40,943 bases of DNA, from positions 1 to 40,943 of the forward strand of contig QMVZ01000001.1 of assembly GCA_003661365.1 (NCBI GenBank), read 5' to 3'. The translations under genes and the position numbers were made by a program. Source of the DNA: Thermoproteota archaeon (lineage in GTDB: Archaea; Korarchaeota; Korarchaeia; Korarchaeales; Korarchaeaceae). The notes under the pieces are model-generated. The model saw only the letters and a list, made by a program, of their open reading frames with translations, was not told the DNA's origin and did no database searches. Positions 25,411 through 34,202 of this stretch are shown here, piece after piece. Position 1 is the first letter of the stretch. Every line of letters begins with the position of its first letter.

Positions 25411-25836
25411 TTGGAAAGAATAGTTGTTTCTTCAAGCCCTCCAGGAGGGCTAGATAGCTTAGTAGATTATAGATTTGCTAGGTGCAGCCACTTCACAGTG
25501 GTAGATGTAGAAAACGGTAAGATCATTAACGTAAGTGTAGTACCAAACCAATCTGCCATGACTCCTCATGGAGCAGGAATACAGGCAGCCCAGGTTGTGG
25601 CATCACTAGGGGCTCAAGTAGTTATAACTGGAAACGTCGGGCCCAATGCCTTTTCCTCGTTGCAAAGTTTAGGTATTAAAATCTACTTAGGAGCAGGAGG
25701 AATAAGCGTTAAAGATGCCATTATGAGGTACTTATCCGGCTCTCTCAGCCCCGCTTCTGGACCAGGATCGCCTGGCAGAGGAATGGGGAGAGGCATGGGC
25801 AGGGGTATGGGCACAGGTAGAGGAAGACGGTGGTAG
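25411..25836 (+). CDS. NifX/NifB-like domain protein with C-terminal (GRGM)n Gly/Arg tail
   Basis: The core is RIVVSSSPPGGLDSLVDYRFARCSHFTVVDVENG...GAGIQAAQVVASLGAQVVITGNVGPNA...YLSGSL. The tail is GPGSPGRGMGRGMGRGMGTGRGRRW. I chose the TTG at 25411 by alignment to the upstream paralog; the ORF track starts at the GTG at 25387. Confidence 0.8.
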   Translation: MERIVVSSSPPGGLDSLVDYRFARCSHFTVVDVENGKIINVSVVPNQSAMTPHGAGIQAAQVVASLGAQVVITGNVGPNAFSSLQSLGIKIYLGAGGISVKDAIMRYLSGSLSPASGPGSPGRGMGRGMGRGMGTGRGRRW

Positions 25837-25957
25837 CTGCCGCGAGGATTCCTACAAATTGATTGTAGGATAATTGGGTTGCGGACCTTGAGTTGGAGGC
25901 GAGAGGAAGTTGTACTCAAGCTACTTGTCTGAAATTCAATTGCCAAAAGAAACTCAA

Positions 25958-26863
25958 ATGGACTCGAACAGAGAAGGACCGAAAGTCATAGCAGTTACTG
26001 GAGGTAAGGGAGGCACCGGAAAAACAACAATTGCTGTAAACCTTGCCTTCTACTTCTCACAGGCTGGCAGAAAGGTCCTACTAGCTGATTGTGATGTCGA
26101 CGCTCCAAGTGTCGCAACGGTTCTTGGAGTCGAGATGGAGAACGGAGAAGAGGTAAGACAATTCCTCCCTATTTTTGATGAGAACAAGTGCATACGCTGT
26201 GGAGAATGCTCAAGAGCATGCAGAATGCACGCAATACTTCACGTTCCTGATAAAACGCCAGTTTTGTTCCCTGAATTGTGTTTAGGCTGCAGGGCATGTG
26301 CTATCGTATGTCCTACAGATGCAGTTCTAGATGGAAGAAAAGTCGTCGGATGGGTCTATGAAGCAAAAGCATATGGAATAGATTTGCTCATAGGCGAATT
26401 AAAGCTGAACGAGAGAGAGTCCGAGGCAATAATAAAGAAGGTAAAGGAGAAGGCAATGCGTTTATCAGAAGAGAGAGGATATGACCTCATTATCATAGAT
26501 ACAGCCCCTGGAGCTCATTGCGACGTAGCTTTATCGTTAAAGGATTCGGATTTTGTGCTCGCTGTGACTGAACCTACTCCCTTTGGGATGCATGATTTAG
26601 ACCTGATACTTGAGTTAGCTAACTTGTTAAAACTGAGGCATGCAATTGTGGTGAACAGGGCTGATCTCCCAGGAGATCATCAACTTTTGAAGGAGATCTG
26701 TGAGAAAAATTCTTCTAGATTGATTGGAGAGGTTCCTGTAGATGATAAAGTAGTGCGGAGCCATATAATGTCAAGACCTTTACTGTTGGACTTTCCAGAT
26801 AGTCCAGCAACAAAGGCGATCCTAGATCTTGCAAAAGAAATAGAGGAGGAGCTTGGCCTATGA
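25958..26863 (+). CDS. MinD/ParA-superfamily P-loop ATPase with inserted 2x[4Fe-4S] ferredoxin domain (COG1149-type)
   Basis: Deviant Walker [11 protein letters not shown]. Cluster motifs [11 protein letters not shown] and [13 protein letters not shown] chose the ATG at 25958 ([16 protein letters not shown]); the ORF is open from 25910. Confidence 0.88.
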   Translation: MDSNREGPKVIAVTGGKGGTGKTTIAVNLAFYFSQAGRKVLLADCDVDAPSVATVLGVEMENGEEVRQFLPIFDENKCIRCGECSRACRMHAILHVPDKTPVLFPELCLGCRACAIVCPTDAVLDGRKVVGWVYEAKAYGIDLLIGELKLNERESEAIIKKVKEKAMRLSEERGYDLIIIDTAPGAHCDVALSLKDSDFVLAVTEPTPFGMHDLDLILELANLLKLRHAIVVNRADLPGDHQLLKEICEKNSSRLIGEVPVDDKVVRSHIMSRPLLLDFPDSPATKAILDLAKEIEEELGL

Positions 26864-27747
26864 AGGAAGTCGTAATAGTGAGCGGGAAAGGAGGAGTAGG
26901 GAAAACTACAGTATCAGCCTCTCTAGGATGGTTAATGGCAGAGAGAATGAAGCTGGTGATGGTAGATGTGGATGTGGACGCTCCTAACCTTTCTTTGGTA
27001 ATTGGTGGCTCTCTAAAGAATTCGCTAATGATAGAAGCTGCTGAAAAGGCATTTGTTTTTGAGGAAAAATGCAAAGGTTGCGGAATCTGCTCAGAAAAAT
27101 GTCCAGAGGAAGCTATTCAGATAATTGGGCACAAAGCCGTTGTTTCAAGCTTATTCTGCAGTGGATGTGGGGTTTGCTCTTTGGTTTGCCCTGAAAAGGC
27201 GATTGAATTGAGATTAGTTGCTAACGGAAGGCTCAATCTATACGAGAGTCATTCTGGATCTGTATTACTCGTAGGAAAACTGATGATCGGGGAATCTGGC
27301 TCAGGAAAACTTGTGTCCGAAGTCAAAGAGAGAGCAAGGCAAGTGGCTAAGGAGAAAGGCGCGGATTTGGTGCTAATAGATGGTCCTCCTGGTGCAGGGT
27401 GCCCAGCGATTTCGGCAGTTTCAGGGGCTACTCATGCAATAATGGTTACAGAGCCAATACCTGCGGCCTTTAAAAATCTCAAGAGGATTTTTTCAATAAT
27501 AAGACATTTTGGGGCAAATCCAGGTCTAATAATCAATAAAGCCGACTTGTATGAACCAATAAAGCAAGAAGAGATTTACTTTGCTAAGAAGGAGGGCATA
27601 GAAGTGCTAGGCGAGATACCCATGGATAACTCGGTTCCACAATCTCTAGCCTTAGGTATGCCAGTTGTCAGTGCATTTCCTGATGCTCCAGCTTCTATAG
27701 CTATTAAAAAGATCTTTGAAAATCTGATAAATTTCTTAGAGGGTTAA
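26860..27747 (+). CDS. MinD/ParA-superfamily P-loop ATPase with inserted 2x[4Fe-4S] ferredoxin domain, paralog 2
   Basis: 295 aa. [38 protein letters not shown] overlap with paralog 1. Confidence 0.88.
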   Translation: MKEVVIVSGKGGVGKTTVSASLGWLMAERMKLVMVDVDVDAPNLSLVIGGSLKNSLMIEAAEKAFVFEEKCKGCGICSEKCPEEAIQIIGHKAVVSSLFCSGCGVCSLVCPEKAIELRLVANGRLNLYESHSGSVLLVGKLMIGESGSGKLVSEVKERARQVAKEKGADLVLIDGPPGAGCPAISAVSGATHAIMVTEPIPAAFKNLKRIFSIIRHFGANPGLIINKADLYEPIKQEEIYFAKKEGIEVLGEIPMDNSVPQSLALGMPVVSAFPDAPASIAIKKIFENLINFLEG

Positions 27748-28124
27748 TCCTCTGTTTCCTCCTCCCTTAACATAACAGGGGCTTGTGGCACTATGAACAG
27801 CTCTCTTCCTTCGGAAATTGCTTTTATTATCTTTTTCCTTCCACTTGCGACTAACCTCCAAACAGTCCCACGAGAGACTCCCATTCTCTTAGCTGCTTCC
27901 TCCTGACTGAGATCTTCTCCGTCTACAAGTCTAAGGGCTTCAAACTCGTCGTATGATAGCAAGATTGGTTCCTTTGGCTCCATAATCGCCCCTTGAGGAA
28001 GAAAGGGCGCGAAATGTCTTATTGAGGGTATTTCACTGATCCATCTTGGCTTCCATGGTCTTCCTCTTCTCCTATGCAATCCCCTCTTAGGTCCTCTTTC
28101 CGGAGCAATCAGTTCTATCGCCAA
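27744..28124 (-). CDS. DUF134 (UPF0251) family predicted DNA-binding protein
   Basis: 126 aa. [13 protein letters not shown]...[51 protein letters not shown] matches the DUF134 consensus (sigma-70 region-4-like HTH). TTG start. Confidence 0.85.
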   Translation of the reverse strand: MAIELIAPERGPKRGLHRRRGRPWKPRWISEIPSIRHFAPFLPQGAIMEPKEPILLSYDEFEALRLVDGEDLSQEEAAKRMGVSRGTVWRLVASGRKKIIKAISEGRELFIVPQAPVMLREEETED

Positions 28125-28317
28125 GAATTAAAAAGCTGTTTCTCTTTTTAAAAGGATCCTTTTCACACCCTTAACAAAATGTGTTTACAGAGTTCTAGAT
28201 TCTTATAACTCACTTAGATGCTAAGTACGCACTCCTGATAAAGTCTCTTAAATGAAGCATGATGTACCAAATATTGTAAGGAACCCTCAATTCTGATTTC
28301 GCATCATGTTGAGAAAG

Positions 28318-28357
28318 TTAGGTTAACCTAAACCTTTATATGTTAGGCAAGCCTAAC
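28318..28357 (+). promoter_or_regulatory. feo promoter: two DtxR-box-like palindromes flanking a TATA-like box
   Basis: TTAGGTTAACCTAA (28318-28331) is a perfect 14-bp palindrome. cctttatatg is the A/T box. GTTAGGC-aa-GCCTAAC (28342-28357) has 7-bp arms. The half-sites resemble the TTAGG/CCTAA halves of the DtxR/IdeR iron box. Confidence 0.6.
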
Positions 28358-28422
28358 TTCATCATGTGTGTTACCGGTGTCCAATCTTTCGCTACTGCAT
28401 GAAGCGCTCTAGGGGGGATGCT

Positions 28423-28674
28423 ATGGATAAAGATCAGGGAGTTAGGAAGCTTAGCACGTTAAATGTGGGAGATAGAGGTATAGTAGTTAATCTAGCTGGA
28501 AAAGGAGCTATTATCAAAAGACTAATTGAAATGGGCCTAGTTAGGGGTGAAGAGGTCAAGGTAACAGACAAATCTCCACTTGGGGATCCCATAGAAGTTG
28601 AAGTGAAGGGATACAGGCTCTCTTTGAGGAGGAAAGATGAGGCTGATCACGTCTTCGTGGAGGTGGTAGACTAG
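28423..28674 (+). CDS. feoA: FeoA-family ferrous iron transport protein A
   Basis: LSTLNVGDRGIVVNLAGKGAIIKRLIEMGLVRGEEVKV...PIEVEVKGYRLSLRRKDA is a typical FeoA SH3-like domain. I chose the ATG at 28423; the ORF is open from the GTG at 28366. Confidence 0.85.
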   Translation: MDKDQGVRKLSTLNVGDRGIVVNLAGKGAIIKRLIEMGLVRGEEVKVTDKSPLGDPIEVEVKGYRLSLRRKDEADHVFVEVVD

Positions 28675-28675
28675 C

Positions 28676-28912
28676 TTGTACAAGCAAGCACCCATCTCAA
28701 TGTCAATGCTTCCATCAGGATCCAGATGCGTTGTTAGGGGCATAGTTGCTGGTAGGGGGCTTATTAAGAGATTAGTTGAATTGGGATTAGAGCCAGGATC
28801 CACTGTAAAAGTTGTCAGAAATGAGAGAGGGCCTCTTCTAATAGAGATAAAGGGCTCTAGGCTTGCTTTGAGCAGAGGTATAGCTTCAAAGGTGCTTGTG
28901 GAGGTGTCTTGA
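28676..28912 (+). CDS. feoA: FeoA-family protein, second copy
   Basis: 78 aa. LPSGSRCVVRGIVAGRGLIKRLVELGLEPGSTVKVV..PLLIEIKGSRLALSRGIA. The start is uncertain (TTG at 28676 or ATG at 28700). Confidence 0.82.
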   Translation: MYKQAPISMSMLPSGSRCVVRGIVAGRGLIKRLVELGLEPGSTVKVVRNERGPLLIEIKGSRLALSRGIASKVLVEVS

Positions 28913-29592
28913 TGAAGAGGATACGCGTTGCCCTTGCTGGAAATCCAAATGTTGGAAAGTCTGTTATCTTCAACGCCTTAACGGGGGGAAGGCAGCACGT
29001 AGGTAATTGGCCAGGGAAGACCATTGAAAAGAAGGAAGGAATTTGCTACCATAGGGGATATGAGCTATACATAGTGGATCTCCCAGGAATATACAGTCTA
29101 ACAACTTTTTCACCAGAAGAACTCATAGCTCGCGACTACATCTTAAACGAGAAGCCTGATGTAGTGGTTAACATAGTTGATGCCTCTAACCTTAGAAGGA
29201 ACCTCTATCTCAGCATTCAGCTCATGGAATTAGGAGCAAGGCTCATAATTGCCCTTAACAAGAGTGATCTAGCTGAATCGCTTGGATATGAGATAGACGA
29301 GAAGAGGTTAGAGAAAAACTTGGGAGTTCCCGTTGTTCCTACAGTAGCCACTAGGAAAATAGGCTTACAGGAACTTTGCGACAAGATAGTTGAAGTTGTT
29401 GAGAGAGGGGCTCCTCCTTCATCCATAACTTACCCTGAAATAGTAGAAGCAGAGATTGAGAGGATAAGAAAGGTGTTAGAAAAGGATCCAATGATAAGAG
29501 AGAGCTATAACACAAGATGGCTTGCTATAAAGCTGTTAGAAGGAGATGAAGAAGCTGAGCGAAGGATATTAGCTAAATTAAAAGGTGGTTAA
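28909..29592 (+). CDS. feoB: FeoB N-terminal part: G-domain plus beginning of helical domain
   Basis: 227 aa. G1 GNPNVGKS, G3 DLPG, G4 NKSD. Ends inside the helical domain (..WLAIKLLEGDEEAERRILAKLKGG*). Confidence 0.9.
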   Translation: MMKRIRVALAGNPNVGKSVIFNALTGGRQHVGNWPGKTIEKKEGICYHRGYELYIVDLPGIYSLTTFSPEELIARDYILNEKPDVVVNIVDASNLRRNLYLSIQLMELGARLIIALNKSDLAESLGYEIDEKRLEKNLGVPVVPTVATRKIGLQELCDKIVEVVERGAPPSSITYPEIVEAEIERIRKVLEKDPMIRESYNTRWLAIKLLEGDEEAERRILAKLKGG

Positions 29593-30913
29593 TTTGGAAG
29601 AATTAAGAAAGGTCCTAAATGAAGCTAAGAATAGGTTAATTGAGAGTTTTGGCCTTGAACCGGATGTTCTTCTTCCAGATATAAGGTATAGAGTGATAGA
29701 GGAAATAGTAAGTACATCAATCATTAGAGAGAAGGTAGAACTCACGCTAACTGATGTTATAGATGATGCTATTCTGAATAAGTACTTGGGAATACCGGTA
29801 TTCCTCAGCTTGGCTTGGATGATGTTCCAGTTCACTTTCTCAGTAGCTGCACCAATAGTTGACGCTGTCGACATGTTTTTCAGCTGGATAGGCGAAATTA
29901 TAGGCGAGTATATCTCTAACAGCTTTCTGGCTTCTTTCCTTGCCGATGGGATTGTTGGGGGCCTTGGAACAATTTTAGTTTTCGTTCCAAACATATTTTT
30001 CCTTTTTTTGGCCCTTTCAGCATTGGAGGACTCTGGATACTTGGCCAGAGTCGCATTCATCTTTGATAGATTGATGAGAAAATTTAGACTAAGCGGCAGA
30101 TCGATAATACCTCATCTGATAGGTTTCGGATGTAATGTACCTGGAGTTATGGCAACCAGAACAATAGCTGGAGAGAATGAAAGGATCCTAACTGCTATTA
30201 CTAATCCGCTAATATCGTGCAGCGCAAGACTTCCAGTATATGTGCTCTTTGCTGGAGTTTTCTTCCCAGATAATAGCCCTACTATAATATTCTCGCTTTA
30301 TATGCTCGGCATAGTGCTAGCATTCCTGATAAGCTTTGTTGTAGGAAGATTCTTCTTGAAAGGAAAGCCCTCTCCTCTTATAATGGAATTACCAGAGTAC
30401 TCAATGCCCGAAACCAGAACTCTGTTGATGCACATGTGGGAAAGAGGCATAATGTTTGTAAAGAAGGCTGGAACTGTTATATTGGCGGGAGTCATTGCTA
30501 TATGGGCACTGAGCAACCTGCCGCTAGGAGTTAAAAGCGTAGAAGAATCGTATCTGGGAATACTAGGTCATATAATGGAGCCTTTGTTCAAACCATTCGG
30601 CTGGGATTGGAGAATAGCTGTTTCCATAGTCTTCGGCTTTGTAGCTAAGGAGATCGTCGTAGGTGCTCTAGGCATGATATATGGTGTTGAGGAAGAGGCC
30701 CTTGAACATGTCATATCTCAAACCATGACTCCTTTGTCAGCTTACGCCTTTATGACCTTTGTACTAATATATGTGCCGTGTGTTGCGACACTGGCTGCTA
30801 TAAAGGGAGAGCTTGGCTGGAAATGGGCAATTTTCTCCGCAATTTATGAGGTAATTCTGGCATATCTGGTTGCTCTAATGATTATGGTTATTGGAGGGGT
30901 GATGTTGAGTTGA
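29585..30913 (+). CDS. feoB: FeoB C-terminal part: rest of helical domain plus membrane permease domain
   Basis: 442 aa polytopic. TDVIDDAILNKYLGIPVFL and gate-motif-like regions. Frame is +1 relative to 28909-29592, with an 8-nt overlap GTGGTTAA. Confidence 0.9.
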   Translation: MVNLEELRKVLNEAKNRLIESFGLEPDVLLPDIRYRVIEEIVSTSIIREKVELTLTDVIDDAILNKYLGIPVFLSLAWMMFQFTFSVAAPIVDAVDMFFSWIGEIIGEYISNSFLASFLADGIVGGLGTILVFVPNIFFLFLALSALEDSGYLARVAFIFDRLMRKFRLSGRSIIPHLIGFGCNVPGVMATRTIAGENERILTAITNPLISCSARLPVYVLFAGVFFPDNSPTIIFSLYMLGIVLAFLISFVVGRFFLKGKPSPLIMELPEYSMPETRTLLMHMWERGIMFVKKAGTVILAGVIAIWALSNLPLGVKSVEESYLGILGHIMEPLFKPFGWDWRIAVSIVFGFVAKEIVVGALGMIYGVEEEALEHVISQTMTPLSAYAFMTFVLIYVPCVATLAAIKGELGWKWAIFSAIYEVILAYLVALMIMVIGGVMLS

Positions 30914-31416
30914 AAAGAGCTTTGATCTTATATAGCATCCTGTTAAGCCTTATATTCATTTTCTATGGATCGATGGATCTTCTTTGCGGCATTGTTAGAT
31001 GGTTCATGCCTGCACGTGCGCTTCCAGACTTGGTCCAGACCTCATTGAGTTTCGATTTGGGGAGAGGCAGGGTCCCTGCAATTACGCTCGACCCTGGCAT
31101 GGGCCTGAGTCTCCTTGTGATCGGATTCTCCCTCTTATATGGAGGACTTGGCAGCTTGAAAGGGAAGTTAAAGGGTGGAGAGAGCTTTTTCCTGGCGGGA
31201 TCGATTTTAGCGTTAATTCTACTTGTGCTTCAAGTCCTGATATTATTTGCAAACGGAGTAGAAACCTATGCATTAAGGATCGAGGACTTTTCCGGATGGA
31301 CGCCCCTGGAAGATCTCAATGAAGGCCTTGTTCTCGGCCTTCTGGCAATACCAACTTTAAGTTCGTCTGCTAAGAGGCTCAGATCTTTAAGAAAAACTGG
31401 ATACCAAAAAGACTGA
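30910..31416 (+). CDS. hypothetical integral membrane protein (about 4 TM)
   Basis: 168 aa with hydrophobic segments. TTG start overlaps the feoB stop, so it is likely co-transcribed. Confidence 0.5.
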   Translation: MKRALILYSILLSLIFIFYGSMDLLCGIVRWFMPARALPDLVQTSLSFDLGRGRVPAITLDPGMGLSLLVIGFSLLYGGLGSLKGKLKGGESFFLAGSILALILLVLQVLILFANGVETYALRIEDFSGWTPLEDLNEGLVLGLLAIPTLSSSAKRLRSLRKTGYQKD

Positions 31417-31532
31417 GAGAAAAGCTGCCTTTAACTGCTGTGAGGTAGTCCATCCTCCTTCGCCGCCTTTCAAAAACTAGCTATATCCTAAAGATTTTTA
31501 TTGAGTGTTACTTTTTTGAAGAAAGGTGTTAC

Positions 31533-32870
31533 ATGATTCTCACTAAGGACGCCTTTGGGATAAAAAGCCTAATATTCAGGAAGGCATTCAAGGCTACTTT
31601 CAAGAGACAAAGCCAAGAGATCATCAAAAACCTCTTAAGGGAAGGCTTCGTTGGAAAGGAGGTGGGAATTTACATCCATTTTCCTTTCTGCAGGGGACTT
31701 TGCCCAGCTTGTCCTTATGTTAGGTACCTCTGGGATGATTTATTAGTGAAATCCTATCTAAGGTCCCTTAAGCTTGAAATAAGTGCCTATAGAGATCTAT
31801 TGCAGGACTTGGAGCTTAAAATAACCGAAGTTCATGTTGGAGGAGGCACTCCAAGCTGCCTCGACCCGAAACAGTACAAGGAAATAATCGAGGCCCTTGG
31901 AGAGAGCTTCAGTCTAGAAGGAGCTAGCATAGGGATAGAGGCCAATCCAGAGGATTTAACCGAAGAGAGGATCTATGCCTTGATGGAGGCAGGAGTAAAT
32001 GAATTGAGCTTGGGAGTCCAATCCTTCTTTAGGGAAAACATTAGACTTCTAGGAAGGAGGCACAGCGTGGAGGACTCGATAGATGCAATTGAGAACCTTG
32101 AAGGAGCTGGATTTAGAAGCGTAAACATTGACATGATGTACATGCTTCCAGGTCAGACAATCGAGGACTGGGTTGAGGACCTTAGGATCGCACTAGAGTT
32201 TGAACCAGCCCAGATAACCGCCTATCCTTTGTTAGTAGTCTCTTACAGGCCCATGTATAAGATGATGATGGAAAGGAGGGTTCAGAAGCAACCAAGCATG
32301 AGAGAATTCAAGAAGATGTACTACGAAGCTATTAACACCCTTGAGGAGGCAGGTTATACTCAAGTCAGGTATTATTCGTTCTCCAAGATCCCTTGGGAAT
32401 ATAGCACCGTCGAGAAAGAAATGACTGGCCCCTTACTGGCCTTTGGCCCTGGAGCAATGGGTTTTCCAGGTAAATGCGAGTACATTAACACTTGTTCAGT
32501 TAGGGGGTACGTGAAAAGCTTGTCTAGGGGCAGACTGCCTGTAGCTGGCATAAGAGAGGTTAATAAGGAGGAGAGAGGGATAAGATGGATATCTGAGAGA
32601 TTAAGTGCTTTAGAGCTGAAATTTGAAGGTTTTAAGAACGAGTTTGGGGAGGAGTTCTGGGATTTCGTTAAGAGGACTGGTTTTAGTAAGTCCTTATTCA
32701 TTCAAAGACTATTAGGACACATCAAAATCTATTCTGACAGGATAGAGCTCACTAAGAAAGGGTTATTTTCTAGAAACCTAGGGGGCTGGGCCTTTGTCCT
32801 TTCAGTTCCATGCAGGATAGTAGAAGAGTACCTGAGGACTCCTTGGCCAAGAGAGGTTACTGTTCCATAA
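31533..32870 (+). CDS. HemN/HemW-like radical SAM protein (oxygen-independent coproporphyrinogen oxidase family)
   Basis: 445 aa. YIHFPFCRGLCPACPY (CxxxCxxC), HVGGGTPS, ELSLGVQSF. Confidence 0.85.
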   Translation: MILTKDAFGIKSLIFRKAFKATFKRQSQEIIKNLLREGFVGKEVGIYIHFPFCRGLCPACPYVRYLWDDLLVKSYLRSLKLEISAYRDLLQDLELKITEVHVGGGTPSCLDPKQYKEIIEALGESFSLEGASIGIEANPEDLTEERIYALMEAGVNELSLGVQSFFRENIRLLGRRHSVEDSIDAIENLEGAGFRSVNIDMMYMLPGQTIEDWVEDLRIALEFEPAQITAYPLLVVSYRPMYKMMMERRVQKQPSMREFKKMYYEAINTLEEAGYTQVRYYSFSKIPWEYSTVEKEMTGPLLAFGPGAMGFPGKCEYINTCSVRGYVKSLSRGRLPVAGIREVNKEERGIRWISERLSALELKFEGFKNEFGEEFWDFVKRTGFSKSLFIQRLLGHIKIYSDRIELTKKGLFSRNLGGWAFVLSVPCRIVEEYLRTPWPREVTVP

Positions 32871-32927
32871 GGTTATAAAAAACAGTTTGCCAACTCAATA
32901 GTAGGCTTCATGCCCTACAATTCCTTG

Positions 32928-34202
32928 TCATGAGCCAGATGAGCCCCTTATTTCCTCCAAAATCTCTTTTGCTCTATCTAATCTTATCTTTTTCTCTCTT
33001 ATCAGCCTCTCAACTACTAGATCTACCTCTTCTGGCTTAGCGCCAGCAGCCATAGCCACGTTTCTTGCGTGAAGTTTCATGTGCCCTGCTTGTATTCCTT
33101 CCGTTGCTAGTGCTCTGATGGCTGCGAAGTTCTGGGCCAGACCTAATGATACCATTACCTGAGCAAGTTCTCTTGCCGATTTTACTCCAAGGATCTTTAG
33201 GCAAAGCTTTGCTATCGGATGAACCCCAGTTATGCCGCCTACGGTTCCAACCGCAATTGGCATCTCCAGATAGCCCTCAAGGTCCCCGTTCTCATTCTTC
33301 CACCACCTAGTTAATGAGGTGTATCTGCCGTTACGTGCGGCATAGGCATGTGCACCGGCCTCGAGCGCTCTAGTATCTTGGCCAGTTGCCCTAGCCAAAG
33401 CAACGATGCCGTTCATAATGCCTTTATTGTGCGTGCATGCTCTGTAAGGATCGTTTGCAGCAAAAGCGTAAGCAGCTATTATTCCATCAACAACCTCCTC
33501 CCCACCAATAGCTTCCTTCTTAAATACGGCTCTAGCCCTAGCTATTCTCCTGTCAGCCAAGTTAGATATGATCCTTAGGTATACCCTCCCTCCAGTAAGT
33601 CTCTCTATTGTAGGAGCAACGGCTTCTGCCATTGTGTTAACGGCATTTGCTCCCATCGCATCTCTAACATCTACTAGGAGATGTGTTATTACCATAGGGC
33701 CTACTTGCGTCTTCAAAATTCTAACTTCTAGATCCTTCGCCCCCCCACCAAGTTTCACTAGGATGGGGTCCTGTTCATTTGCTATCTCTAGAATTTGATC
33801 CTTATTCTCAAGTATGATTCTCTTTGCCTCCTCCGGATCCTTGACGTCTACGAGCTGAACTTGACCAATCATGATTGGTTCTGTCGTCTCTGCGAAGAAA
33901 CCTCCCCCCGGAAGGGCCATTTTAGCCGCGTTGCTTGCAGCTGCGACTACAGAAGGCTCCTCTATTGCCATGGGTATCAAATAATCCTTTCCGTTTATCT
34001 TGAAGTTAACTGCAATCCCTAATGGAAGGGGCCATGTACCTATCACATTCTCTATCATGCGATCTGCAACCTCTAACTCCAAGTTACCTGTCTTGAGGAG
34101 GAGCTCAGCCTCTTCATCTGTTAAATCAGCAAATTCCTTCACAATCTTAACTCTTTCTTCGAGCGGAAGTTTGTAAAATCCCGGAATTCTAGAGGTCTTC
34201 AT
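32928..34202 (-). CDS. hmgA: 3-hydroxy-3-methylglutaryl-CoA reductase, class I (archaeal mevalonate pathway)
   Basis: 424 aa. EEPSVVAAASNAAK, DAMGANAVNTMAE, GTVGG and the C-terminal catalytic His region HMKLHARN. Confidence 0.93.
   Translation of the reverse strand: MKTSRIPGFYKLPLEERVKIVKEFADLTDEEAELLLKTGNLELEVADRMIENVIGTWPLPLGIAVNFKINGKDYLIPMAIEEPSVVAAASNAAKMALPGGGFFAETTEPIMIGQVQLVDVKDPEEAKRIILENKDQILEIANEQDPILVKLGGGAKDLEVRILKTQVGPMVITHLLVDVRDAMGANAVNTMAEAVAPTIERLTGGRVYLRIISNLADRRIARARAVFKKEAIGGEEVVDGIIAAYAFAANDPYRACTHNKGIMNGIVALARATGQDTRALEAGAHAYAARNGRYTSLTRWWKNENGDLEGYLEMPIAVGTVGGITGVHPIAKLCLKILGVKSARELAQVMVSLGLAQNFAAIRALATEGIQAGHMKLHARNVAMAAGAKPEEVDLVVERLIREKKIRLDRAKEILEEIRGSSGS

Noticed and set aside
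21071-25836. NifX/NifB-like domains as evidence of nitrogen fixation.
   Set aside because: No nifH/D/K/E/N/B genes are present. These small stand-alone domains are widespread in non-diazotrophs.
25850-25920. Two short hairpins in the 121-nt gap between the NifX-like genes and the MinD-Fd genes: TCCTACAA-N5-TTGTAGGA at 25850-25870, and CTTGAGT-N20-ACTCAAG at 25887-25920.
   Set aside because: The stems are only 7-8 bp with no following T-tract. They could be chance or minor mRNA-processing signals, which is not enough to call a terminator or riboswitch.
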